This document shows positions 1-13,036 of a DNA stretch of 64,000 nucleotides, in pieces; the stretch's first letter is position 1, and the number at the start of each line of letters is the position of its first letter. The stretch is taken from NCBI RefSeq assembly GCF_037042905.1, contig NC_087250.1, positions 27,902,001 to 27,966,000 of the forward strand, read 5' to 3'. A program made the position numbers and the translations under genes. The notes beneath the pieces were generated by a model that was not told the origin of the DNA, made no database searches, and was given only the letters and a program-made list of their open reading frames with translations. Source of the DNA: Lytechinus pictus (Eukaryota).

Positions 1-561
1 CTATATTGTAAATAAAAAATAAAGATCAAAATTGAAATAATTGCACATATTTTTGTCACCAAGTCAACATTAATTCTTGATTGAATCGTGTAATGCAGGG
101 GAGACCTGTCAGGGGGGCGTTCCTCTTGTTAATAATTTGTCAACTTGAGGTTGTTTGTTTTTTCATATCAGATCACATCAGTTCACGCGATGGCGCTTTC
201 ATTTATCTGTGAGCATTAGCTTTTGATCTTTAATATGATTCATAGCTTATGTAAACATGGTAAAACAGAGATAACTCATTTCAAGAGGCCTTCACAAAAT
301 GAAGAGGTTGGACATACATACACTATGGAATAGCTCTTTTGTTGATTCATCGCTATCATAAATTGAATCTACACCAGGGGGCCGTTTCATAAAGCTGTTT
401 GTAAGTTAAGAGCGACGTTAAGTACAACTGGTGATCCTTTCTTACGCGCTAAACCATCTCCAATGAATATACCATTTACCACAATAAAGGATCACCAGTC
501 GTAGCAAATAAGATATCTTGAGAGGGGTGGGGCAAAATGAGTGACAATTCTTTCTCTTTAA

Positions 562-1148
562 AGGGGAATGAAACCTTTGGAATAAGTAGGCTTGTGTCGA
601 AACAGAAAAATAAGAGAATAAGAACAAAGAAAGTTTGAGAAAAATCGGACAAATAATGAGAAAGTTATGAGCATTTGAATATTGCAATCAATAATGCTAT
701 GGAGATCCTCCCATTGGCAATGCGACAAGGATGTGTGATGTCACATGTGAACAACTTTCCCTTTGATGGACTATAAAATACCCTCAAAATGTCTCTTTCT
801 GCTTTTTCTTGTGATGATACAAACTCTTTATCCATGATGTATTCTTTAAAAATCTGTATTACATGCCCTCCTATATAAAAAGAACACATGATCTACTGAT
901 AGATGAGATAAAAGAGGCAATTTAAGTGAAATATATACTAAAGTATTGGGGAGAGTTGTTCACAAGTGACATCACACATCTTTGTCGCATTGCCAATTTG
1001 AGGATCTCCATAGCATTAGAGATCGCAATATTCAAATGCTCATAACTTTCTCATTATTTGTCCGATTTTTCTCAAACTTTCGTTGATCTGTTTCTTTGAT
1101 TTGTCTGTTTTCACACAAGCTATCGTGTTCTAAAGATTTCATTCTCCT
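562..1148. mobile_element. Non-autonomous TTAA-target DNA transposon (Kolobok-like MITE) with long TIRs
   Basis: TTAA at 558-561 and 1149-1152; ends aggggaatgaaacctttgg / ctaaagatttcattctcct; ~200-bp imperfect inverted arms; no credible ORF. Confidence 0.8.
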
Positions 1149-1189
1149 TTAATGAATAATATATCTATAGAGTCTAAACCTACCTTCTT

Positions 1190-1360
1190 GTCCGTTTCTT
1201 TTTTTCTTTCTTTCTTTCTCTCTCTCTTTATTTATTTCTTTTGTTCTTTCTTTCCTTCCTTCCTTCTCCTCCTCCTCCCTCTTCTTTTTCTTCTCCTCCT
1301 CCTTCTCCTTCTGTATTCCATTTCCTTACTCCCCCTTTAATTTCTTTATTTCTTTCCCTA
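1190..1360. repeat. Polypyrimidine low-complexity tract
   Basis: (ttc/ctc/tttc)n-rich sequence. Confidence 0.85.
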
Positions 1361-2281
1361 CCTGAAAATCATAAATATTGAAAAATTACAAGAATAAAAT
1401 TATATGCAGTTAAATGATAAACCTCTTAGACTAACAGAGAAGAGGAGGAGACTTGCAAAACATGTCTCAAGAATTATTATGTTCTTAAAAATGCAATATC
1501 CTGGTAACCTAATGGAAGAAGGAAAAGCTCGAGGCTGTCCCAAGCATCCGTGGCAACAGACTTTCTTCAAAGACTTAGAGTTGACCCATATCTTTATACC
1601 AATCTCTTGGAGGTTAAAGCGGTCACAGATAATGATAGCTTGTTACCTATAAATGCACTACACAGGAGGGACTAAGTGGTAAGTAAAAAAAACAGGAGTA
1701 ATTCTGCACCTGATATCCCCTCCCTACCTCCTATTGGCGCCTAATGCGGTCCAAAGTATCACTATTCATATTTAGTAGTTTATTTGATATTCTGATACGA
1801 ATGCTATTTTCTCACCAGCATTATATCATAAAAACAAATATTAAAATTTCTCTGATCAGATAAGGAGAGCTATAAGTGTTGTTAAAATTGTCAGATAGAG
1901 TCATATTCTGTTGCTGATAAATTGTGATCTGAATCAAGTCTAGGTTTACACATTCAGATTTTAAATAATTGTGAACAGGTAATGTAACTTCTAAATTTTC
2001 AAATGATCCATCTTAAAATAGTAATTTGTAATTATAATGGGATGGGAGATGATTATGTTATGCTGAAACACAAGGTACATTAGCTGAAGTAGTTTTTTTT
2101 TCATTATCAAGTTTATCTTTTGCATTAATGTTGACATGTATGAGAAGGTGCATGGGTAAGGTACATAACTTATTTCTTGCCATTGAAGCTTATTTTAATT
2201 TCATTTCTTCTGAAGCTTTTAACCTCACATCTCTTACATTTGTCCTTTTTCCAGAGCTAAACAATCATCAGACATCACATC

Positions 2282-3936
2282 ATGGCATCAAGATTTCCAG
2301 AAGGAAACCAAGTTCAACTCCGACCAAGAAAAGGTCATGACATGAAATGGTCATGTGACAAGCATGGTGAGCCAATCAAATTTTACTGTAAGAAACACAA
2401 AATTCCTATATGTCATCCATGCGCTACCAAAGATCACAGTCAGAAACCATGTGAGCTAGACGACATCGAGGATGTTATCTTCGAAAGGAGGAGACAGCTA
2501 GATGAAAAACGGCCAAAAATACAGGAACTTCAGAAACAAATGGAAGCCCTCAACACGAAAATAAAGACTGTGTCAACGTCTGGAAGTACTCATTTTCGGA
2601 CAATTAACAACAACATTCAAGCTTCATATTACGACAAGATTGAATCTGTTGGAGAGAAGGAGAACAGGATGATTAGGGTTATTAACGAGGATGCAGATGA
2701 GGAAATAAGACTAGTAAATGAGAAGAGAGAAAAACGGATCAAAGATTGCAACATCGAGAGAGAAAATGAGCGGCAAATCATCAAAGACAAAGAAGCAAAA
2801 CTTCTATCACATGCAAAGAAAATCAGCGAAATCGTTTCTAAGAAGATCAAAGATCTTACTATAAAAAAAATCAGCATTTGATAAACACTATTGAGAATAT
2901 CAAATCAACCATCAAACGTATAAATCAACATGATGAAACATTGGTAAATGAAGCTCCGCAAGTACTTGCATCTATTGATGAAGATTTAAGTTTGAATGTT
3001 CATCAAGATGTTAGCGACTGCCTTGACCGAATACAGAGTGAAGTTGAGAGAATGAAGTTTGTAGAGAGGGAAGTAGGTGGAGAATACTATGGTAGAATTG
3101 ATGGGTATATCGGTAATTGGGAACTTGTCAAGTCAATTCACATTCCATCGGTTGTTAATTACCCGTATGTGCGAGGTTTGGTCAGTGATGGTGAGGTATG
3201 TGTTCAGGACGTACACAACAATGACATGTATGTTACAAACATCAACACTCAACACACAGAGAAAGTCATTGATGGAGGTGTGTTGATTACATCATGTGCG
3301 CCCATAGACAGTAACGTAATAGTATGTGGTAAGATGAGAGGTGGTTGCACGGGTGACAGGTTGGATGGATGCATCACTCTCTATGACAGACAATGGAGCG
3401 TGATTAGAGACATCAGCATACCAAGGAATGGATACGATAGTAGTGTGTATGTTGATGTTGACGGGGATGGGATGATCATCGCTGCTCAGTTAGATCAGTC
3501 TAATATCTACGTCATCAATCCTGCTGATGATAAGATAGTAAACACTATTACGATGCAGGGTAAGGTGGTGTGGGGTGAGATACAAGCCTTGTCATCAGGT
3601 GATATCGTTGTGAGGACAGATGATAATAAATACACTGTCATCTCACGATCAGGAGAACGGAAGGCTGTCATACACTGTGATGAGTGGGGCTGGTCAGAGT
3701 GTCGCGTTGACAAACTGACAGACACACTCTACATCGCGTACTGGGATAGAGCGCGTAATACCATCGCAGTTGATCAGGTGTCACGTGATGGTATCATCCA
3801 GGCAAGGAAGATCGTGGAATACGTGAAATCAGATCGCTCTGACTGGGTCAGCCATTGTCTTGTTACTCCTTCTGGTAACCTTGTAGGATGTGATGGGGAC
3901 AAACTTCATCTTTACAAGAAGACATTCATTTTGTAA
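2282..3936 (+). pseudogene. RING-less TRIM-like protein (B-box type 2, coiled coil, beta-propeller/NHL-like repeats), frameshifted in A8 run at 2863-2870 (pseudogene or assembly error)
   Basis: ORF 2282-2881 has CDKHGEPIKFYCKKHKIPICHPCATKDHSQKPC and a long charged helical region. ORF 2878-3936 is beta-rich (VYVDVDGDGMIIAAQ, IYVIN). Together they are colinear with ORF 46902-48542. Acceptor ttttccag ends 2254; ATG context catcATGG. Confidence 0.85.
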
Positions 3937-4734
3937 ATCATCAAGTATTTCAATGAATGATTAAAAATTAATATAAACGATATACTTATTTCAAATTTTA
4001 CTTTCATTTTAATTCACGTCCCCCAACATGAATACATTCATAATGCGCGTGTTGACGGTGTGAATGTTGTATCAATATACATGTGCAACGTATTGGAGTG
4101 TTGTAATAAACTTGCCATCGATTGCAGGTCAATTTTTGTTTTCAAAATTAATTGAAAGTCGTGCATTTCATTGAAAATTTGCAATTGATTGTTGGTCAGC
4201 TTATGTTATAAACAAATATGAAATGATTTGCTTTGGTTAGAATTGATCTATCAATTGCTAAATTTGCATATGAAATTTGCAATTGATCGCAAATATTTTC
4301 TTGTGTCTTACAAAACGCAGTGATTAATATTTAGCCGTCTAGATTTATATTTTTATTGAAATGTATAATTGTACTCGTAATTAAATTTAAAAAAAAATAA
4401 ATAAAGAAAAAATGGTTAACCAATTGCCTACTTTAATCCAGGTAGAAGGTCTATGGGAATGGCTGAACCCAGCACATGACGAGTTCATTACTAACTTGTG
4501 TTAGCTGAACCCGATCATTTACCAAACGCTATTTCGTTCAATGTTATTCCTTTTCAATGCTAACAGTGATCATTTTACCCCGGGATTAAATTTGCTTTTA
4601 ACTTCATTGGGTCTTTAAATCCAAACTATCCATCAGGTTGATTTCGTTTTATATTCTGTTGCAAAAAAGGTGAAGTAATATAAGATTGTATTAAAAGGAG
4701 AGGGGAAAAGTGCTGTGAAGTACAAGTAAGTGTT

Positions 4735-5090
4735 TGAACCGTGGTATAGTGTTTCTGACTATCACCTTGTAAACAGAGGGTCGTGTGATCGAATCCCAAC
4801 GAGGCCTGGCGTCCTTTGGCAAGGTGTTAATCCACACTTTGCCACTCTCGACCCAGGTGCTATATGGGTACCCGGTAGGATGTGAAAGTCATTGCAGCTT
4901 GTCCAGTACTGTGTGCGCCTCACCGGCAACTGACTGGAATACTCCCCAGGGTGTGGATGATGTGCTCACATTGTGTGCGGGAATGACTGATTGATGCGAT
5001 GACCGGGGTAGTAGTATATCTGTAAATTGCTCAGACACACCTTTTCGATGAATTAAGCGTTATATAAAAGCGGATTGTTATCATTATTAT
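4735..5090 (+). mobile_element. tRNA-derived SINE
   Basis: A-box-like tggtatagtg, B-box-like gatcgaatccc, body ctcgacccaggtg...atgggtacc, (tta)n tail; paralogous copy at 50573. Confidence 0.75.
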
Positions 5091-5209
5091 AAGTATTAAA
5101 TGAAATATTCAGTTATGAATCATATTTCAGCTGGCGCTGAGCATTCAGATTATTAGGGAATCGAGGATGCATGAATTTGTGAGCGGGAATGACTGATTAA
5201 ATCCGGTGA

Positions 5210-5382
5210 CCTGGCGACAGTTTCATGAAACTTGTCAGCATTGACAAGTTGTCTTTTTCGACAATTACCATAGCAACATTTAGAGCCTGAGCCTCTGAGC
5301 CAATCAAAACCAAGGATCTCACTGAAATTGTCAGTGCTTACAAATTAATCCGTGCTGAAAACTTTCATGAAACATCCACTGG
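5210..5382. mobile_element. Short MITE, absent from the paralogous flank
   Basis: Inverted ends gtttcatgaaacttgtcagc / gctgaaaactttcatgaaac; region missing at ~51018 in copy 2. Confidence 0.55.
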
Positions 5383-8129
5383 GGTAATGATATATCTGCA
5401 AAGCGCTTTGACACGTCGTTCAGATGTATTAAGAGCTATATAAAAGCGGACTATTATTATTATCATTATAGTTTTTTAGTGTACATAATCCCTCTCATGA
5501 ATGTTAACAGAAAATAAGAGAAAAACTCATTTTGTAATAGAATCCTTGCTCAGTCAACATACATATCACAATGGATATGATGAAGGTAGACAGAAATGAA
5601 TATGTTTCCCCCATAATTCTCTTTACACCAATTGAATATTCTCATTCTGTAGAAACAGGTGACGTCCATCTCAAAATGACTCAGCACACTCCATATTTAA
5701 TATATTCATAAAAGTATTACATCATATCGCTTATTTCAATCAGTTCATTAACTTTCGTCTGTACACCTTTTACTTTATCCTCATATCGGCTTTATATTTT
5801 CAACAAAGATTAATTTAGATTTCTTGTACCACATGTTTAATCTATTATATCATATTACACTTACTACCTGGCTATGGAATCTCAAGCAGCAAGCCTTTGG
5901 ATTGTTGAAAAAAAATTTAGTTGTTTTTTTGTTAACGACTGTAATGATGTGTTGACGCCCGCTACGTTCAGTAACGTTTATCGACATCGTTAATTGATGT
6001 CAAATCAATTTCATCATAAAGATCCCATGGACATATAAACATCTGGTAGTCGAACGTGCCATGCTGTAAATAAATAAAAATAGGGATATGCATGTATTTG
6101 TTGTGTAACAGACAGAGTTAGATAATATGACAAATAACTGTACATATCATAGCTTATGTTCGTGGTTTTATATTAAGGAGGCTGTATTATATTAAATTAA
6201 TTTATATTCTTTATTTCATTTTCATTTAATACTGCGTTAAGTTTGTAAACAGTTTGTACTGTATATGGCATATGTTGCTCCAATGCGTTGTATATAAATC
6301 GGTATTGTCTAAGGTGTGTTGTGTTAATGTAGAAATGTGTCATTTATACAAAAGAATCCTACCGAATTTATACAATAATCAACTTTGTACAGATTGAGTT
6401 TAGGTATATAGGGTTTATAATTTATCTAAAGAATCAATGCAATAGCTTGTTATTGTCTATATCATTGCTTATTAAAAATTCGCTCCCAAAGAGAGAGCGG
6501 GACAGAGTTCTATAAATAAATTTCTCCTAAAACCTAGTCAGATCTTACGCATTATGAAAAATACGAGACATTTGGCTTCCTCCTGCTCGTACGCACGGGC
6601 GTCCGTCGATATAACACATGGTATTTTTATGAAAATATGCACCCTTTTTCTTAAAAGTTGATGGAGAGGGGGAAAAATTAATCGTATCAAGTCGGGGCGT
6701 TCAGTAATGAGGACAGGATAAACTATATTTCACTGATTTTCATGATTCATCCCATTTGATTAACTCATCTATTCGTGTTTTGGGGCTAATCTTTCCCTTA
6801 CGCATTGCTTTTTGGCAGAAGTTCTATGGAAAATGCACCCTTTTTCACACAAACGTTGATACACTCTGTATTCATTTTCCCCATTGCTCGAGAATGAATG
6901 GGCAGTTAACGACGGGGTGAAAGATTTATTGAAGAATGGAATGTATATTTCACCAAAATGAAAGCCATTTCCCCATTGGATGTTAGATCGATTCGTGTTT
7001 TTTAGATGAAGTTAGTTGTCGAATCGGCTCTTCTGGCATTTGAGGTCTCTATCGGTGACGTCACTCAGAATCGTCATGCCTGAACCATCGGCCGGGCAGG
7101 GGTCGCAATGGTAGTATGATTCACACATAATGCACTGGATATATACAATAATCTTGTCCTCTCGTTCAAATGAATGTGAAACTTATATAATTTTCATCGG
7201 AGCATTCAACATGAGTACTGTAGTTAACATTTCTTTGTTATAAGTGAATTCAAGTCCCTCCAGTGAGTTTGATCACCCCTATTGTAAAAATGAATTACTC
7301 CCCAAGTTGTAACGCAGTCAGCTGTTTGCACTCAGGGTCACTCCGTGACCTGTGTGTGCGTTGAAGAGATGGACACGATTTTCTGTCTCATTTAGGCAGA
7401 AATCTTTCATAATGACTTTTATTGATTTTGATTGGCTGAGAAGCGTTGTTACTGTGTTAACTATCCGTCGAAACACCTGAAAATCCCAGTTTTTATTGAT
7501 TTGTTCATTAATTTGTTGTTTTCTCTTATACAGTTGATTACATTCGCTTCATAAAACTAGGAAAACTAATGCACATAATACGCATCTATATTATGATATA
7601 ATGTGATGATATGTTATTTTCAAGTTTATATTGAAAGATGAGTAGGAAGTATTCGTTTAGTTTTTATTATAAAATATGTTCATTATACTTTGTTGTGAAT
7701 TACTGGCACTGTTGAATAGTTTAAAAGGTTAATGTTTTGGGATGTGTAGACTAACTTATTCTCATCTACTTGAGAACTATAATAGTCGTGTAGAAATAAG
7801 AATTTACTATGGGCTGCGGTAAAATCCACAACCAGTTGTATACACATGACTGATCTCAACACCTATTATAAACCGTTCTGAATAAAATATTTTACATTGA
7901 TTGGAATCTTTGCAGTGTGTATTTTGAGGTCATCATCATGGTGATGAGGAGTGTGTTTTAATGCACAAATAATCATGTAATTTTATAATCAAGTATTTTT
8001 GTCAGCGTTAATGAATGAAAACTAAATATAAAACAAAAAAGGCTTTATATGCAGTACATTTTTTTATCTACACAATTATGTAGGGCAAATAGTAATAGTT
8101 GGAAATGATATAGAATGATGTTGACAGAA

Positions 8130-8159
8130 GAAGGGGAGGGGTGTGGAAATTAGTGGGGG

Positions 8160-8204
<45 letters not shown>

Positions 8205-8505
8205 AAAATAAAGACGGAGAAAGAGAGAAATAAAGAAAGATGAACATTGTATATGGGGGAGAGAGGGAAAGGAGAGGGATGGAAAAGATGATAGAGGGGG
8301 GGGGGGGAGAGAAGGGAGAGAAGGGGGTAGACAAACATGGGGAGACAATGCAAATAAAGAATGGGAAAGAGAAAGAGAGAGAAGCGGAGGAGTGAGAAAG
8401 AAATGAACGGAAGAAACGAAACAGAGAGGGGGAGAGAGAAGAGGAGTGAAAGAAATATCAATAGAAAAGGGCGATAAAGACAATAAAGGTAGAGAGAGAT
8501 GGAGG
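8130..8505. repeat. (GA)n microsatellite and polypurine tract
   Basis: (ga)n at ~8164-8200 inside purine-rich sequence; counterpart at 52800-53160. Confidence 0.9.
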
Positions 8506-8527
8506 ATTGAATTGTATTTGTATTGAA

Positions 8528-9050
8528 AGGTCAAGTCCTCCACAGGAAAATGTTTCTCTGAATAAATAGAGAGAAATCACACTAACATAACGCTGAAAAT
8601 TTCATCCAAATCGGATGTAAAATACGAAAGTTATGACACTTTAAAGTTTCGCTTATTTAAAAAAAAGAGTGATATGCACAATTCATTGACATGCAAATGA
8701 GACAGTCGATGATTGTCCCTCACTCACTATTTATTTTGTTTTTTTATTCATTGAATTATACAATATTTCATTATTTACAAATTTGACAATCTGGACCAAC
8801 TTGACTGAACCATACAGTGATAATGATAAAAGCGTATGTTCAGGGAGAAATTATTGTAGTTTCAGTAAACAATGAGGGAAAATTAGAATATTTCATATTT
8901 CACATAATGAAATACAAAGGAAATAGTGAGTGGGTGATGTCGTCAGTCTCCTCATTTGCATATCGACCAGGATGTGCATATAACTGTAAATTGTGAAACC
9001 AAGCAAAACTTTTAAATGTCATAACGTTCTTATTTTTCATACGATTTTGA
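8528..9050. mobile_element. Truncated Kolobok-like MITE (family of 26851-27400)
   Basis: Starts aggtcaagtcctccac; shares aatcggatgtaaaata.gaaagttatgaca and tgtcataac..tcttatttt.cat.cgatt motifs with 26851-27400. Confidence 0.6.
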
Positions 9051-9750
9051 AAAGGAGGGAGAAGAGAGAAGGATAGTGAAGGGGAGGAAGCGAAAGCAAT
9101 CAAGAGGGAGGGGGGGGGGGAGTAAATTGACTTTTGGTGTTCCCAGGGATTGTTAACACTATGACATGTTATATTTCTGATTGGTAAAAAAGATGTTAGG
9201 CATGGAATGACGCCTTTCTCTTTACTAAAATGATGTGGTAAATATTTGGGAAAACCCTTTACGTTCAGTCATTCTACGTCGACAGATGACACTCTCTAAA
9301 TCCTCCATATCACGCACATTGCAGCACTTGAGGAGGATGTTGCTTAGGATATTAATTCAATTAAAGTCAGATGCCATTGGCAGTCTTCATTGAACTAAAA
9401 GGAAAAGTTAACCTTATCCTTAATTTCAAATAATCTAAAATTTTACATACTTTTTTATTTGTATTATAATTTTATAGGAGAAAGCAAAGTGTTCGACCCA
9501 AATTGATCATGAAAGCTGAAAAAAAAAGATTCATTAAGGTTAATGCCCATTACCAATCAAATGAATTTCTTTACGGTTATGAATATTTTAAAAGATTGAA
9601 AAAAAAACGAATCGGGAATTTCATTTAAACAAGCTTCAAGGATTAGCAGATGATTAATGATTAGAGCATAATGATAAAAAAAACAAAATAACCCCCAAAA
9701 TTATTTCATTTATACTCTCAATATCCCCCTTGCGCCCGCTCTCTCTCATT

Positions 9751-10195
9751 CCCACAAAGGAAGGGGGGGGGAGTTGTTGGGCAGTCAAATGTATGGCTGT
9801 ACACTTGCGTGACAAAATTATTTCCAAACGCTCCCTAAAAGAGTTTTATCTGTGCGCAAAATAACATCTCAAAAAGTTTTTTTTTTCGCGGGATTCATTT
9901 ACACGCCCCTAAACAAGTTGTCGCCAGAAGAAGCCTCGGGGAAACGCTTGATTAAAAAAAAACAACTTAAATATATACGTTTGACCCCGCAATTAACCAT
10001 TGACCGTCTTTCAAAACTACACTTTTTCTGAAATCGGCGTTTGGATACCTTAAATAAGTACAAACGCGGCCCGCGTCCAAAACTGGAAAAAACCACCCCT
10101 TTAACCGCGTTGTTGTTGTTGTTGTTTTTTTTTTGGATGGGGGGGGGGGGGTCACGCATGTGTACAGCAATATACATAAATCGACTCCCCTTGGG
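9751..10195. mobile_element. MITE with CCC..GGG ends and subterminal inverted repeat
   Basis: gtcaaatgtatggctgtacacttgcgtgac (~9784) is inverted to gtcacgcatgtgtacagcaatatacataaatcgac (~10151). Confidence 0.55.
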
Positions 10196-10666
10196 TTCAT
10201 TCTCCCTCCCTCTTAGTATTATTTATCTAAAGGTTTATTTCTACCATTTCACTACCTGACCTGTTTAAAATCTTACTTCCCGCCACAAGCGCCCAGTCTA
10301 TCGCCCTCCCAAATAAAGAGAACGAAATCAAAAAGGTAATTAATGGGGAAAAGAAAAGGAAGAAAGGAATATAAAATAAATGGGGAAAAGTGGGATATCA
10401 TATTTTTCGGAATCATGTCAAAGATCTATCGCTGAATTAGAGTTCCATGTAATAAGCTATAGATTTTCGCTAGTTCGTTTAGTTCGCACACGACATATTA
10501 AGGACTTCCCCATCTGTTGTGATATGCAAATCCGCTAATGACTTTTTTTCTCACAACGCCACTGCTCACCATCTAAAATTATTTTTCTTTTAACATCTCC
10601 CTCTCTTTCGTTTGTTGTGGAAACATGCACGTACACATTAAATCAATCTAAATAAATATGATATCT

Positions 10667-13036
10667 ACTTGTTGAATCTTCATAAATGAGTCCAATGTTT
10701 CACTATGAACAAACAAACCATGCACAGCAGTCATCATGGTGATAAAACTGATCTTGTAAATATTAAGTTACTATACCGTATAATCGCACGTAACAATATT
10801 CCCCAGTCACCCAGTCAATGTTCAGAAATAATAAAACACCACATAATTATATCCCTTGCTCAATGATGATCGTTTTAATTGTTCCTCGTTGGTGCGCGAA
10901 TAATCATGATAGTCTACTGCTGATACCTCTGGACTCGTCTGGAGCAGACTTCTTTAGTTTTATTAAATTAATACGAACAAGGGAACTAAGCAATGAACAT
11001 AAGTAAAGCAGAAAATGATATGCCTAAGAAAGAACACAATTATAAAACAATAACAACAACAACAACAAAGTACCGCTCTTGGAATTAACGCGAACTTATA
11101 AATATTATTTTCTAAAGATAAACAAATGATCATTCCTAGCACAACATGCACAATGTGCCATTTCATCCATCTTTCTATCCCTCTTCTATTTTTGTTTTTA
11201 TTTCAATTTCTCATTCTCTCTTCGCAATCTACCCTATCCCAATCGCTCTATCTTTGTCTGCAATCCAATCGCGTCTCAGTGAGATTTAATTGTATATATT
11301 GTGTAATTTTGCATATTTGTTTGTATAAAACTGAACAGGCTACTCTGGACAAAGATTTGAAATAAATAAATAAATAAATAAAATCTCTTTCTATTATTTC
11401 ATTTCTCTTTTTACTCTAAATTAATTTTCTCTACTCCCTCTGGAGTACCATCTTACAACATTGAAATCAACCTTTAAAACTACTTATCCAGTACAGCTTA
11501 TCATATATTTGGATGATATCGTCGCCAATTGAATTCAAAGTGCCACTATTATCGAAATCGTCATAGAATAGATAACACTATAACGATATTGCATAGTCAA
11601 TAATTTACCATGAATGATAATGCAAACATACATAATCATATTACCTTGTCAGTGCATATACCGTGATTGTCTATACCCGTTTGAGTAGTTATACAAAATC
11701 ACAGATCGTTCAGCTTCATTCGCCTTCAGAGAACAAGAATTTGCAAGTGAGTTCTTTTTCGGTTTATTGAATCTGCTAATACATGAGACTGAGGGTGGAT
11801 GGGTGTCAAGTCAGGAGAGATGCCACTTATACATGTATCTTTTGGCTCTTCTTTTAAGATCTAGGAACAATTGAAACATTACAATGCACATGATGCAGGC
11901 CTACATCGTTTGGATGGCAACCAGGGAGGGAACGGGTGAGCTCCGAGGAATGCCATTGGTTGCCTCTCTTATTACGGGTCTATAAGCCTATATTCAATTC
12001 AATAATTGAGCCAGAATGTCAGCTATTTTACTCAATATATTACTGAAATGCAACTCTTAATCGTCTTTGCAGCTCATTTTTTTGGACAAATATGCAAAGT
12101 TGTCATGGCAGTATGCTAAAATGTAGGCTACAGTAAATCCCTGTATACAGACCTTGCTTGGGCGCGTTTTTACAAACTGGTTTAGGTTTAAATCATGACA
12201 TCATAATTCTGGTGCGGATTAAGCTTTTGCTCATAGTGGGGTCCGATTTTTTTTCAACAATATTGTAATGATCAGTCGCACAATATCGATATTTGTTTGT
12301 TTCTTTGAAGGGGTAGTCCTGACAGTCACTACTGCTTATTCATTTTTAAAACAACATACATAATGACCCCATTTACATGACATAAGCCTTATCTATATAG
12401 TGCGCGCACGAAGCTCGAGCTACATTTTTTATTTAATTTATTTTCTCCTGAACATAGTTTCCTATCTTAAGCAAAATGCGTATGTAAATTAATAATTTTT
12501 GCGAGCGCGAAATCTGGGCAATTGGGTATCTTCCTACACACATAATGCAAGCACGAAGAAAATTTCTGATATTCTGATCTGAAACTTGATATTTTAAGCA
12601 CGTTTTGAAGATCAAAAAACAAGCTGCGTATCTCAGTATACATGCTTGCGCGTGCTCTAGCTTTAGATTATTGGTATTTTAAGTACATTTTCTATCATAA
12701 GTATGAATGCGAGCGCGAAGCGCAAGCTGAAAATATAGGATATTCCGATCTGTCAGAGAACAAGAGTTGAAAGTGAGTTAAAATGTTTCGATTTCTTTAA
12801 TGTGCTAATATGTATGTAATAAGGATAATGGGGGGGGGGGGGGGGCAACTAGATCTAGGAACTTAGAATATTTAAATATTACAGAATATAGTTTTGCTTT
12901 TGACAAACGGGTATGCGTGTGGGTGGGGGGTCCACACAACCCTAGTGCCCCTATTATATCGTTTCGACATTAGACCGGCAATCAACTCACTACAGATATC
13001 ATTATTTTTTTATTGTCAGTACCATTCACCTCACCT
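10667..13036 (+). repeat. Compact copy A of the upstream region of the DEATH-TRIM gene; no gene follows
   Basis: Colinear with pieces 14408-14498, 15875-16166, 17205-17694, 28092-28614, 37890-38508 and 44800-45245; both copies end at cattcacctcacctg. Confidence 0.9.

Larger units (their letters stand above)
3937..9400 (+). repeat. Segmental duplication of the gene 3' flank (paralogous to ~48543-54120)
   Basis: Near-identical blocks, e.g. 4411-5190 vs 50240-51020 and 5410-6480 vs 51020-52080; weaker similarity at 7420-8545 vs 52150-53190 and 9240-9400 vs 53960-54120. Confidence 0.9.
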
